A DNA stretch of 64,000 nucleotides from Eledone cirrhosa (Eukaryota). Positions 27,031 to 41,427 of the stretch are shown in pieces. The translations under genes were made by a program, and so were the position numbers. Each line of letters starts with the position of its first letter. The first letter of the stretch is position 1. The stretch lies in assembly GCA_964016885.1 (NCBI GenBank), contig OZ024754.1, forward strand, positions 14,570,001-14,634,000, given 5' to 3'. The notes beneath the pieces are model-generated. The model saw only the letters and a list, made by a program, of their open reading frames with translations, did no database searches and was not told where the DNA came from.

Positions 27031-27079
27031 ATCTAGGGTATCCTTTCAACTCTTTGTGTTTTCAGTTTAAATTCCATTG

Positions 27080-27600
27080 TTACCTACTTGGCAGTAAACT
27101 TAATCAGTCGCTCCTTTTAATGCTCATCAGCGGGCTCTAAGGTGAATGTAGCAGAGTCCATTCTTTGGAAAGCATTAAGATCAAGTCTCTGTTTTGCGGA
27201 TAATTCCTGGCTCAGTTCCCCTGGTCTCCGACGCTCTGAAAAGGGTCATATGTTTTCTTTTGTTTTTTGTTTTTGTACAAATACCATAAGCTTTTCCAAT
27301 ACTTCTCCAATACCAAGGGCCAACATATATAATTCTACATTCAGTGGAGTTATCAATGAGGTCTCTCTTATTGTATTTATTCAGCAGCTCCACTACTCTC
27401 CGCTTCACACAATTGGAAATGTTCCCAGTTTGTTACCAGATAGACGTCTGCCAATACAGTAGTGAAAAGACATCTAACATTAAAGATAAAGCTGGAACGG
27501 CAGAGCGTCTAAACCCTGTGATTCTCCCTTCACTGACTACTTAGAGCCTCACAAACCAATTGCTGTTATCGGTCATTTGCAAAATGTCCTACTACGCTGG
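27080..27600 (+). pseudogene. Highly degenerate LINE (RTE-like) fragment
   Basis: A YLGS-like motif at about 27083 and spacing reminiscent of the RTE C-terminal region; many stops. Confidence 0.3.
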
Positions 27601-28169
27601 CGAGATTTACTGCATGTGATCAAGGAAAGCTTTGAAGTTTGAAGTACCACACCGGTGCTCCAGTTGTTTGAACGACAGAACAACCTGCTCGTGAAATTAA
27701 CACACGCGTGGTTGGGCACTGCATAGAAACATGTACCATTAACATATTTCTAATGGAGATTCAGGATGACAATGTGTGACAAAGAATGCCCTTTGACATA
27801 AAGTGTTTTGTTCAAGAGCACAATGCGTCGCTGGAAATAGAATGCACGATCTTACAATCGTGAACCGAATACTTTAACTATTAAGCCACGAGCCTGCACA
27901 GCTTTCTCGTGTAATGAGTTAACCTATAACCAAGGCATTTCTAAACAGCCCGAAACAGGCCGTATGTCATGACGGCGCCTCTATGACTTATTTTTACGAA
28001 CTGAGTGGACAGAAGCAATGTGAAATACAATGTGGAATTCAAGACCTAATGACCCTAGTTCCTCACTTATGTTGAATTCAGGTAATATACCCCTGGAGCC
28101 AGAGCACACCCATCACTTTTTGCCTAATACTGAATTATGGTACGTCACTACATAACGTCTTGTCCATCT

Positions 28170-29948
28170 AGTTGTTGGTGAAGATTTTACTGTTGCTTGT
28201 TGCTACTGTTGTTGGTGAAGATTTTACTGTTGCTTGTTGCTACTGTTGTTGGTGAAGATTTTACTGTTGCTTGTTGCTACTGTTGTTGTTGGTGAAGATT
28301 TTACTGTTGCTTGTTGCTACTGTTGTTGGTGAAGATTTTACTGTTGCTTGTTGCTACTGTTGTTGTTGGTGAAGATTTTACTGTTGCTTGTTGCTACTGC
28401 TGCTGTTGTTGTTGGTGAAGATTTTACTGTTGCTTGTTGCTACTGTTGTTGTTGTTGTTGGTGAAGATTTTACTGTTGCTGCTGCTGCTGTTGTTGTTGT
28501 TGTTGTTGGTGAAGATTTTACTGTTGCTTGTTGCTACTGTTGTTGTTGGTGAAGATTTTACTGTTGCTTGTTGCTACTGTTGTTGTTGGTGAATATTTTA
28601 CTGTTGCTTGTTGCTACTGTTGTTGTTGTTGTTGGTGAAGATTTTACTGTTGCTTGTTGCTACTGTTGTTGTTGGTGAAGATTTTACTGTTGCTTGTTGC
28701 TACTGTTGTTGTTGTTGGTGAAGATTTTACTGTTGCTTGTTGCTACTGTTGTTGTTGTTGTTGGTGAAGATTTTACTGTTGCTTGTTGCTACTGTTGTTG
28801 TTGGTGAAGATTTTACTGTTGCTTGTTGCTACTGTTGTTGTTGTTGTTGGTGAAGATTTTACTGTTGCTTGTTGCTACTGTTGTTGTTGTTGGTGAAGAT
28901 TTTACTGTTGCTTGTTGCTACTGTTGTTGTTGGTGAAGATTTTACTGTTGCTTGTTGCTGCTGTTGTTGTTGTTGTTGGTGAAGATTTTACTGTTGCTTG
29001 TTGCTACTGTTGTTGTTGTTGGTGAAGATTTTACTGTTGCTTGTTGCTACTGTTGTTGTTGGTGAAGATTTTACTGTTGCTTGTTGCTACTGTTGTTGTT
29101 GTTGTTGGTGAAGATTTTACTGTTGCTTGTTGCTACTGTTGTTGTTGGTGAAGATTTTACTGTTGCTTGTTGCTACTGTTGTTGTTGTTGTTGGTGAAGA
29201 TTTTACTGTTGCTTGTTGCTACTGCTGCTGTTGTTGTTGGTGATTTTACTGTTTCTGCTGCTGTTGCTGTTGTTATTGCTGCTGTTGTTGCTGTTGCTAT
29301 TGCTGCTGTTGTTGTTGGTGAATATTTTACTGTTGCTGCTGCTGCTGCTGCTGTTGTTGTTGGTGATTTTACTGTTGCTGCTGCTGCTTCTGTTGCTATT
29401 GCTGCTGTTGTTGTTGGTGAAGATTTTACTGTTGCTGCTGCTGCTGCTGTTGCTATTGCTGCTGTTGTTGTTGGTGAAGATTTTACTGTTGCTGCTGCTG
29501 CTGCTGTTGCTATTGCTGCTGTTGTTGTTGGTGAAGATTTTACTGTTGCTGCTGCTGCTGCTGCTGCTGTTGCTATTGCTGCTGTTGTTGTTGGTGAAGA
29601 TTTTACTGTTGCTGCTATGCTGCTGTTGCTATTGCTGCTGTTGTTGTTGGTGAAGATTTTACTGTTGCTGCTGCTGCTGCTGCTGCTGTTGCTATTGCTG
29701 CTGTTGTTGGTGGTGATTTTGCTGTTGCTGCTGCTGCTGTTGCTATTGCTGCTGCTTTTACTGTTGCTGCTGTTGTTGTTGCAGGTGTGTTGCTACTTGT
29801 GCTGCTGCATTTGCCGCTGTTGCTGCTGCTGTTGCTGATGCTGCTGTTGTTGCTGCTGTTGTTGCTGCATTTGCTGCTGCTGCTGTTGCTGTTGCTGTTG
29901 CTGTTGCCTTTGCTGCTGTTGTTGCTGCATTTGCCGTTGCTGCTGCTG
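28170..29948. repeat. Compound VNTR: ggtgaagattttactgttgcttgttgctact + (GTT)n, grading into (GCT/GTT)n
   Basis: About 35 units of 37-50 bp with a variable GTT number; source of the poly-L/A/V ORFs. Confidence 0.95.
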
Positions 29949-29966
29949 AAATTATATATATATTTT

Positions 29967-30155
29967 GTTTGGCAGTATCGGTAGAGGGTCGGACGCCATG
30001 CTTTCTAGCATAGAGTTACGGCCCTTGCCATTCTGAGTTCAAATCCCGCCTAAGGTTAACTTTGCCTTTCATCCTTACGGGGGTCGATAAAATAAAGTAC
30101 CAATAATGCACTGAGATAATTGCTGGCCTTGTGCCCAAAAGTAGAAACAATTATA
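29967..30155 (+). mobile_element. SINE family 1
   Basis: Matches 17057-17272. Confidence 0.9.
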
Positions 30156-30166
30156 CATATATTTTG

Positions 30167-30211
<45 letters not shown>

Positions 30212-30729
30212 CGTGTGTGTGTGTGTGTGTGTGAGGTGGGAAGAGGGGTAAGGGAGGGGTAAGGTAAAAGGAGAGAAGGAGGGGGTGGGAAGAGGAGTGA
30301 GTGAAGGAGGGGTGGGAAGAGGTGTGTGAGAAGAGGAGTGGGGGGGGGGTGGGGGGTGGGAAGAGGTGTGAGGGAAGAGGAGTGAGGGAGGAGAAGCGGT
30401 GGGGAAGAAACTAGGATGTTTGTTTTTTTTTACAACTTCTTTCATTGTTTTACTGGTGTTGATTAACGTGGCAAATAGAGTTGATATAGTTGTTGTTGAT
30501 GTGAATAGCTGCAATATTCAAAGTATGTTACTGTAGTTAGTGGAGGTCTGTGAAAGGACCAAGCAATATTGCAGGAGCAACTGTGTAAAGATTAAATACA
30601 CTTTGTCTATCGTCTGCACAAGCAGATAACGAGCCGAGATATCTGTCGAATATCTATTTTGAGTACATAGCTTTTGTCTGGGATTGCATTAACTTGGCAG
30701 CACATCACACGACTTGCAGCAGATCCAGG

Positions 30730-31640
<911 letters not shown>

Positions 31641-31914
31641 TGTTCTTGCGTGTATGTATATTGTGTGTATATTCTTGTCAGTGGGTGTATGTGTTCGTAT
31701 GTGTGCACTTGCGGACACGAGACATAACATATTTACAGAAACCTCATACATATACTTATATGTACAGGTTTATGTACTTATATACATATATATACTTATA
31801 TGTACAGGTTTATGTACATATATACATACATATTTTTCATATGTATATTTGTAAACATACATATGTAATTCTGTAAACAAGCTTGGTTATTTATGTAAAC
31901 ACATAAAAATATAT

Positions 31915-32064
31915 ATCTACGTATCTATTTCTGCCTCAGTACATACATGAAAATACATCGATATATATATATATATATATATAGATAGATAGATGTATAC
32001 ATATATATATATATATATCGATGTATTTTCATGTATGTACGGAGGCAGAAATACATACGTAGAT
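31915..32064. repeat. Inverted repeat around a (TA)n/(TAGA)n centre
   Basis: atctacgtatctatttctgcctcagtacatacatgaaaatacatcgat ... atcgatgtattttcatgtatgtacggaggcagaaatacatacgtagat. Confidence 0.85.
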
Positions 32065-32139
32065 ATAGATATATATAGAGATAGATAGATAGATGTATAC
32101 ATACATATATATATATATATATGTATATATATATTATAA

Positions 32140-32220
<81 letters not shown>

Positions 32221-32322
32221 ATATCTATTTTCTTTACAGGCTATGGATTTATGATTGTATTTTTTAAAAATATTATATGAGTACAAGAACATACACACAT
32301 ACACACGTACACACACGTACAC

Positions 32323-32357
<35 letters not shown>

Positions 32358-32892
32358 CACACACACTGAACACTCCCATAGCATCTTGTAACACCTTAAC
32401 CTTCAATAGAGCTTTCCTATACGTGATGACGTTTAAGCACTCCAAATAGACGAACGAACATTGCTTATCTCTCATCTCATGGAAACGATACGTAACTAAC
32501 TTTTCTCTTCATGTACAATTCTTCCATCTCTTGTCTAACATACTCAATACAATTACTAGTAAATTGTGTTAGCGTTGACTCTTCCACGAAATCTCTATAT
32601 ATATATTAATATACAATGCAAATATAGATACAATAATATCGACTTGTTAATAAACTCCCGTTGTACAAAATAGATATAGAACATATAATCAGTTAGAACA
32701 ATGAAATATTACTTGCTTTATATTAGCAACATATACAGGTAAAATTCCTTTATAACGAATAACATTCTAACGAATTTTTCAGTAAAATAACATTTTTTTT
32801 CAATCCCCGGCCATCCGCTTGATGTGTTAGGTCGATCTCGTTATAAAGAATTTTTCGTTACAATGAATTCTTTTTATATTATCGTGAATTTC

Positions 32893-33195
32893 TTGCCTTT
32901 CATCCTTATGGGGTCGATAAAATAAAGTACCAGTAATGCACTGGGTAATTGCTGGCCTTGTGCCTAAAGTAGAAACAATTATTATATTTAAAAAGGGCGG
33001 TGGATTGGCAGTATCGGTAGAGGGTCGGACGCCATGCTTTGACGTATAGAGTTACGGCCCTTGCAATTCTGAGTTCAAATCCCGTCGAGGTTAACTTTGC
33101 CTTTCATCATTACGGGGTCGATAAAATAAAGTACCAGTAATGCACTGGGTAATTGCTGGCCTTGTGCCAAACGTAGAAACAATTATTATATTTAA
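32893..33195 (+). mobile_element. SINE family 1, partial plus full copy in tandem
   Basis: A 3' half at 32893-32990 is followed by a full copy at 32995-33195. Confidence 0.9.
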
Positions 33196-33639
33196 AAAAA
33201 TGATTATCATTAAAACAGCTTTAGAACATAGCTTAGGTCTCAAGCTATCGAGGGAACCTGTAAATGGTCGCTTGACATTCTAGATATAGCAGTGAAATTT
33301 CTCATAAATCATGCACTGTCATCTTACGAAAGCACAGGGCCCATTGTAGCTGAAATGACGGAATGGTCATAGCTGAAAGACAGATAATATGATAGGTCAG
33401 CTAGATTAGTATTCGCTTGGAGATACACAACAATAATAATAAATAAAAAAGATTACGTTGGATAATGGTACAGTGATATAGAAATAGACTGAATGGTCAC
33501 GACTGGAAGAGCTTTGATTATTGTCCTGCTCAATCAGAGTTCACCTGGGGTTCCTAAGAAAAATACCAGGTGAGTAAGAATCTATACACCAGAACATCTG
33601 TTTCTCTGTCTACGTGTGAGTCATTTGGAAGGCTCAACG

Positions 33640-34570
33640 ACCGTCTTTGATGCAGGCGAGAAATCAGAATGAGGACCAAAGTGAGAGTGTATGCTGCATG
33701 TGTACCGACAGCTTTGCTGTATGCATGTGAGACATGGGTTGCCTACAAATGGCATATCCACAGACTGGAACAGTTTCACCAGCAGTGTCTCAGAAAGATG
33801 CTCGGTATCAAGTGGCAGATGGATGTGAGTGATGTTGAGGTCCTTGAGAGAAGTGAGTGTCGGAGCATTGAGAGTATCATCTACCAACGGCGTTTGCGAT
33901 GGACCGGACACCTCTTCAGAATAGAGGATGATCGAATCCCAAAACAACTCTTGCATGGTGAGCTTTGTGAGGGTAAGAGACCACCTCACAAGCCAAGGAT
34001 TGTGTAAAGGACTCATTGAAAAAAACTGGTTTGATGATGGCTGACTGGGAGATAGAAGCTCTTGAAAGAAAAACTTGGCGTGGAATTGTGAATGATGGGG
34101 TCCATAATTTTGAGGACAGACGCATAGAGCACGAGAAGATCAATAGCCATCCAAAATCACCGGGAGAGATGACCCCTTAGCCTTTGTCAAGGCAGAATTC
34201 TAGGAGAAGGAAAACTATGATATAACACCTGCAGCCCTGATGGTATCCAATGATGTTGACTAGTTCTTCTTTTTGGTAAATATCATCTTGGTTAAGAGAG
34301 TGGGACTGGCTTTGTGCAGTGCCTTTGCTCCCTATAAAAGCTTCACGGCACAGGCATTGCTTTATATCTGGAGAGCTCTCTGCACTTGTCGTCACATGAT
34401 ACCATGGGCCCAGCACTATGTGTCAATAATTGTCACAGGTGTAGTGTTTGTACCAGAGTTTTCAAGTCGCTGGCTGGACTAAAAAGTCACACTCGTTCAG
34501 CGCATCGGTAGGGGTTCTCCTACATGGATATAAGGTAATGGCCGTACTCGAAAACGAGTTGGCAGCAACC
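33640..34570 (+). mobile_element. RTE-clade LINE 3' fragment followed by the shared 3' module and (ATGT)n tail
   Basis: RTKVRVYAACVPTALLYACETW...LEQFHQQCLRKMLGIKW...RLRWTGHLFRIEDDRIPKQLLHGEL is the RTE C-terminal domain. 34140-34570 is shared with the 2981 and 62250 copies. Confidence 0.88.
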
Positions 34571-34645
34571 ATGTATGTATGTATGTATGTATGTATGTAC
34601 GTAGTAATGTATGTATGTATGTATGTATGTATGTATGTATGTATG

Positions 34646-34676
<31 letters not shown>

Positions 34677-34949
34677 GTGTATCTGTATGTGTGTATCTTT
34701 GTGTGTATGTGTCCGTGTCTGGAAATATCTATAAAGCTACACAATCTCTTGTCTTACAGTGTTATGTGTAACTTGTGCAAGTAGAATACAATGTCTAAAG
34801 TAGTTCTCCTCTCTTCCCTAAATATTAAAAGACTTCCTTGATCCTGCATTGCAAAGACTCGGCCTTTTTGTCAATCTCACAAATATAATATGGCCTTCAT
34901 GGTCATCTTATTCACATATTAGTGTGTCGGAAACTAAATCATTCTTGCA

Positions 34950-35210
34950 ATATGGTATACCTGCCAACCCTGACCTATGGTAACGAATCTTGAGAAATGA
35001 TCGAAAAATTACGATCGCGAATCCAAGCGGCCGAAATTGGGTTCCTTCGAAGGATCTTTAGAGTAACATTACTCGATAGAGTTTATAACTCGGAGATGAG
35101 AAAGTTATTCCAGGTAGAGCTGCTACTTCTCCGAATAGAGAGATCACAGCTCCGGTACTACGAATATTTGTCTAAGGAAAGAACACATGTCGCTGAACAC
35201 ATTTTATGAG
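34950..35210 (+). pseudogene. RTE-like LINE fragment
   Basis: LTYGNES*...RSRIQAAEIGFLRRIFRVTLLDRV...IERSQLRY. Confidence 0.75.
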
Positions 35211-35774
35211 ATGGCGTGCCTAAGAAGAAGAAGAAGAAGGAAATAAATAAATCTGTCCTTTCCTCTTTTCAAAATAGTAAGGGTATAATTTGAAGGATAT
35301 TTGGCTGCTATGTTTAGCAAATGGAGCAGCCAGGCTGAGGCCGCCCATGTTGACGCGATTGGTATAGGTTTAATTTGAGTGTACGGTATTATACCGCATA
35401 ATAACGGTTTCCTTCATCATTCCGCGTGGGGGGAGGGACATTGAAGAGGTGTCACGTGGCAAGAACAGAATTTCTTTCTTCTGTGAAACAAAGGATATAC
35501 TTACACCCCCCCCACACGCACACACACACACATACGCGCACACACATACACACACACACATACATACGCACACACATACGCGCAAACACATACACACACA
35601 CACATACGCGCACACACAAACACACACTAACACGCATATATATATATATGTATACACGAGGAAAAAAACAAACCATTTCTCCACTCAAGATATATATGTA
35701 TATATGTGTGTATATAAGGGTGAAAGCAGCGATTCTTTGCTTAAACTTTAATCTGTTATTTCAATAAATATATA

Positions 35775-35842
<68 letters not shown>

Positions 35843-35848
<6 letters not shown>

Positions 35849-36023
35849 AAAGTTCTATTTAAATTGTTGGGATACAACAAGCAAATATTTTTATAACTGA
35901 TATAAAGCACTCGACAAGAATTTGGAGTAGATATACGATATTAACAAATGGAAACTATATTTATAAAACCATATTTATAAATATGGTTTTATAAATATAG
36001 TTTCCATTTGTTAATATCGTATA
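35843..36023. mobile_element. Family F terminal fragment with fold-back palindrome (about 35931-36023)
   Basis: Matches 36833-36965; atatacgatattaacaaatggaaac... folds back on itself. Confidence 0.75.
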
Positions 36024-36075
<52 letters not shown>

Positions 36076-36160
36076 TATATATACATAAATATCTTGAGTG
36101 GAGAAATGGTTTGATTTTTTTTCCCCGTGTATGTCATTATTATTCCTGTCGTTTATTATT

Positions 36161-36352
36161 GGGCGGTGGATTGGCAGTGTCAGTAGAGGGTCGGACGCCA
36201 TGCTTTCTAGCATAGTTACGTCCCTTTACGGAATAACTTCAAAACCGGCCGAGGTTAACTTTGCCTTTCATCCTTACGGAGGTCGATAAAATAAAGTACC
36301 AGTAATGCACTGAGATGATTGCTGGCCTTGTGCCAAAAGTAGAAACAATTAT
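36161..36352 (+). mobile_element. SINE family 1
   Basis: Matches 17057-17272. Confidence 0.88.
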
Positions 36353-36964
36353 TAAACCTGTCGTTTTACGAATATTTGAGAAGCCCGCTCTATACACTAT
36401 GATAAATCAGTTTCTAAAACATATAGTGTTAGTTTATGATTTATCAGTATTGTTACATACACACATACAGATACACTTACACACACACACACACACACGC
36501 GCGCACGTACACACACGCACGCACACGCGCGCACACACGCATGCACACGCGCACACACACATATATATATAGTAACTCTTTCTTGTGTTGTTATTTTTAT
36601 TATATCCTTTATACTCTTCCCTTCATTCTACACATCTCACACATCTTATACACACCACGCATCTCAACGTACACCCACTTACATCTCTCTCTCCACCACC
36701 GGACCTTGTTACCCGGAGATTTACCCATTTGCATTGTCGAGGCTTCCAAACGACTTAAAGATATTTACTTATTGTTCCACAATGCTTCAAGCAAACTTCA
36801 ATACTCTCTTATATATATAGATATAGATATATATGCAAAAGTTCTATTTAAATTGTTGGGATACAACAAGCAAATATTTTTATAACTGATATAAAGCACT
36901 CAACAAGTATTTGGAGTAAACATACGATATTAACAAATGGAAACTATATTTATAAAACCATATT

Positions 36965-37029
36965 TATTTCATTATACATATTTCAAGGACACCAAGTTAA
37001 ATTATGGTGTGCTTTCATCAGACAAAATA
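36965..37029 (-). ncRNA. Type I hammerhead ribozyme motif (family F), canonical core
   Basis: Minus strand reads tattttgt CTGATGA aag c acacca taatttaact tggtgt c ctt GAAA t atgt a TA atgaaata. Confidence 0.8.
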
Positions 37030-37213
37030 CAATATAGATCAGTTTTATAAATATAAGACATTCAAAGGAAATGGAACTTATGACTTCTTTTGCGAAAGAA
37101 TGACTCCCGCTATTTATGATGCCGCCTCTCACCGATTCCGCTGCAATGTTTATGACTATCTGAAGAAGTAGTGCGGTATGTATAGGTAATACACACACAC
37201 ACACTTATACACA

Positions 37214-37246
<33 letters not shown>

Positions 37247-37568
37247 TTATACACACACACAAGCACAAACGCGGGTACATACAAGCACATTGTATGTACA
37301 TAAATATATGTTTATATCCATATGTGGCTGACAGCTGAGAAAAAAGAGTACTCAATACCGAAGTAGAGTGTTACTATTAATTTTATTATGGCTAAATAGT
37401 GAGTCTTCTTACTCTGGAGTTTTTACTCTAGTCTTGTTGATTCAAAGGGTCATCCGACAAGAAGCTTTGCCTGTTGACCCTCTGATAAACAGGCGAAACT
37501 CCATATTAGCAAGATTCACTATTTAGCCTTAATCATCAAGTGAATATGTATCTATATATATATATATA

Positions 37569-37890
37569 TAAATGTAAGTATGTATGTATACGTACATACA
37601 TATATGTATACAGATGTACAGTAGTATGTATATATATATATACATACATGCACACACATATATATATGCACGTATCGGTTTACCGAACATTTATTATAAT
37701 GCTCGGTTTGTTTGTTTGTAAACAAACAAACAGCCCGAATTACGCCGTACAGTGTTTAGGCAACCACGTCACCTTTTTGTTCAACATATACGTGCATATA
37801 TATATATGTGTGCATGTATGCATATATATACATACTACTGTACATCTGTATACATATATGTATTTACGTATACATACATACTTACATTTA
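37569..37890. repeat. Inverted repeat of microsatellite-like arms around an about 110-bp spacer
   Basis: aaatgtaagtatgtatgtatacgta...tgcacgtat versus atacgtgca...tacgtatacatacatacttacattt. Confidence 0.75.
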
Positions 37891-37980
37891 AGTAAGTGCC
37901 GTACTAAGAGTGATAAATGAAATTTCGTTTCATTCTATTCCATTTATATATATATATATTTATGTATATATATCTATATA

Positions 37981-38087
<107 letters not shown>

Positions 38088-38157
38088 ATGTATTTGTGAG
38101 TGAATAACAAATTTTGTTGATATATATATATGCATACATACAAACATAAATACTTAC

Positions 38158-38190
<33 letters not shown>

Positions 38191-38192
38191 AT

Positions 38193-38428
38193 CAAGGGAG
38201 GTGGAAGCATTTCTTTATTGGGGGTGGAGGCCAAATTTGATCAATTTAGTTGTAGTGATTAGATTAGCCCTTTGCACTCTAAAATGGTCAGAAAACTCGA
38301 TATTCGATAAACATAACGTGTACATTAATTGTAGCGCATTTCCACATAGATGTGTGTTTTGGTAGTTGGGGAGAAAATATAACTATTAGGGAGGAGGGCT
38401 CGCTACCCCCACAGTTCCAGCGCCCCTG
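38193..38428. mobile_element. Putative MITE with CAGGG(G/A)...GGAA-type TIRs
   Basis: caagggaggtggaa ... ttccagcgcccctg-TA; a related partial copy lies at about 39290-39424. Confidence 0.5.
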
Positions 38429-38434
38429 TATATA

Positions 38435-38531
<97 letters not shown>

Positions 38532-38551
38532 GTACAGACCATAATTTAAAA

Positions 38552-38591
<40 letters not shown>

Positions 38592-38673
38592 GTTATTCCG
38601 GGTTGAATCGGAGGTAACCACAGTAAGTAAGGTACACAATACATTGCAGAGTATACAAGTTTTAATATAGATG

Positions 38674-38723
38674 AGATTCTACAGGACTAGAACTGTTTCA
38701 TTCATTAGAAATCATCAGGAATC
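38674..38723 (-). ncRNA. Hammerhead ribozyme motif (family G), divergent partner
   Basis: Minus strand reads gattc CTGATGA t ttc taat gaa t GAAA cag ttctagtc ctg TA gaatc. Confidence 0.8.
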
Positions 38724-38724
38724 A

Positions 38725-38777
38725 GAGATTCCTGATGATTTCTAATGAATGAAACAGTTCTAGTCCTGTAGAATTTC
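38725..38777 (+). ncRNA. Hammerhead ribozyme motif (family G)
   Basis: gagattc CTGATGA t ttc taat gaa t GAAA cag ttctagtc ctg TA gaatttc; predicted cleavage after 38770. Confidence 0.82.
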
Positions 38778-38791
38778 ATCTATATTAAAAC

Positions 38792-38994
<203 letters not shown>

Positions 38995-39492
38995 TTTTAA
39001 ATTATGCTCTGTACCCTTTCCTAAGGAGTTAATATATCAAACTCCGTATTTGGTAATAAACTGGTATCATATCCAATTTAAGCATCACTACCAAACCTTT
39101 CCTCTCTCTATACTAAAAAAAAAATTATCTCTATCAATCCTCTCACTTTAATTATTACCACCAAACACTCGCCCTCTCTACGTCAACCATACAACACTCT
39201 CTCCCAAACCACTCTCTATAACAATCAACACCAAAGTCAGCCCCTCTCTATATCTACTACACGGAACTCTCTTCCAATCCCCCTCTCTATATCTACATGT
39301 ACATAAATTGTAGCGCATATACAAATAGATGTGTGTATTGGTAGTTTGGGAAGAAAAATATAATTATTGGTGTTGGGGGCCTGCCCTCCTTCCCCCCCCC
39401 TCCCCTTAATTCCACGACTCCTGTATATACATACATACAGGTATATATATACATATATATTTACACACACACATGCATATATATATATATAT

Positions 39493-39716
39493 AAAATACA
39501 AGGATGAATGGTTACTCCTTCATTACGTTTATTGGTAGGTGACGTACGTTTCGCTACTGATCAGCTCAAGGTTCGATCTGTATTGATCTGGCCTGATTCT
39601 GGAATCAAAAGCTCGTCGGAGCTCTGTCTAGCTCTACACCTCGATACTGACGTGAACCTAAACATCGAGTACTCACCCGGGTGAACCTACAGTAACTCCG
39701 CGTTACACTCCCTGGA
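39493..39716 (-). mobile_element. About 225-bp non-coding HHR family B element between (TA)n tracts
   Basis: Minus-strand HHR at about 39538-39622 (CCGACGA gc...gc GAAAC gtac GTC acc), followed by aataaa. Homologous to 11987-12340 and 45535-45660. Confidence 0.75.
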
Positions 39717-40163
39717 TATATATATATATTTAATTTCTATTACTTCTGTATTGTATTTTATTTACTTTATTCTTAACTCTGAAGCGGAGATTCATTCGTT
39801 TCCTAGTTAGAATTTTAGTCTACGACTTCTGCTATACCATTTACGTGGTTTTGTCTTTGCGTGCAATTGTTCTCCACGCTCCACATATGACGTATTATCA
39901 TCGTTTTTTCCGTTTATTGCCAGAGAACGTCTCTATGAACCACCTAAGAGAACATTAGTCTATGACCTCTTTTATACCATAAACGTGGTTCTGTCTTTGC
40001 GCGTAATTGTTTTTCACCGCTCCAATTAATGACGTATTATATTCGTTTTTTCCCGTTCTTTGCCAGGGAACGTTACCACGAACCAAAGTATCGTCTTCCT
40101 GTCTTCCTCCGGTTGCAAGGTTTTTTGAAATATCCACTTCTGCGTTCACAGATTGACTTTGTT

Positions 40164-40214
40164 AGTTTCAGAAGATCCCGTTAAGGGTGAAAGCAGCGAT
40201 TCTTTGCTTAAACT
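40164..40214 (+). ncRNA. Hammerhead-like motif with U4A core variant (family H)
   Basis: agttt CAGAAGA t ccc gttaa ggg t GAAA gca gcgattctt tgc TT aaact; all three stems pair. The 3' half recurs at about 35716-35770. Confidence 0.65.
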
Positions 40215-41427
40215 TTAATCTGTTATTTTAATAAATATATATATATGGCGGCGTCCCAGTATGACCGAAACTCCTAAGCTGGAAGAGGTGAAAGGAAAGT
40301 GTAAAATATATGTCACTTGAAAACCCAGCGTTGTCGAGGTTGAGAAGTAGGTGTAAATATAACAGAAATGATCTTAATAAATAGACATTTTGCCTTATTT
40401 AAGTGTGATTTTTCTTCTGAGAAACCCTTCTTAATTATATATATATTGTTGGGAGTTTAGGCTCGATGACTGAGCTCTTGCCGTTTCGCCAGCAATTTCC
40501 AGAGTCAATACAATGAAGAAATATCTTAGTTTAACGCTTTATAATGTAGGAAAAAATGTATTTACCTTTTAGACATTGGTCCTTCATCAGAATATAAAAA
40601 GAGAAATAAATGAACTAGAACTATATAAAAAGGGGAGGGAGTGGGGCACGGAAAACTGTTTTAAAGAAAAATCATGTGTGTATTCAGTTTCCCTGTACCA
40701 AATTTCACTTACAAAGCATCGGTCAGCTCGCAATTATGGTGGCAGTAGTTACCTAAGTTTATGCACTGTGATATTTAACCCAGAAAACCCTGTTCTTAAT
40801 CAAAGAGCCCTTCCCACGCCGATTCAAAAATAATTCAGCTCCCTTTAACATACCAACGCCCTGGATCTATTAAAAACTCTGTGATGACTGTGAGAAACTT
40901 TACTAGTTAGTCTCGCCCGACTTAGAATATCTCTACCCATTAAATTCAGATCTACCTGTGGTGTGGTGAACCGTCTAGTCGCTGTCTTTGCACCAGTTTT
41001 CCACTCTCGGAGATGTAATGTAAATACCAATATTTGTAACACAGCCAAACTGGCGAAAAATTATGAAAAATTCCTTTTAAAAATATCCCATATATCCGTT
41101 CCAAGAGTAAAACATATTCCAAGCATAATATTTTGACGGCTCCACTCGCTTGCTCAGATGTTTACATTTCTATATTTGTTTGTGGTGGCTTCCTCTTTAA
41201 ATTGTTTGGTGGACGTAGATGATAATAGGCGATACATCATGTTTGTTGACACCTCATATTTGTGCAGAATTATTAAGAAAATTCTTAATAATTTTGCACA
41301 AAATTAAAATAAACATTTTGTGGGGAGTGAATGTGCGTGTTTTGTTTAATCACTATGAAATATAGTAGTTATTTATTGCTAAAATATATACCACGAGAGG
41401 ATTAAAGACATAATCTACAGTGTCAAG

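Noticed and set aside
37390-37528. Imperfect inverted repeat with GAAA, possible HHR
   Set aside because: The inverted arms are real but no CUGANGA core could be placed with pairing stems.
40548-40596. Minus-strand CTGATGAagg as an HHR
   Set aside because: The GAAA core and stems are too degenerate to support a call.
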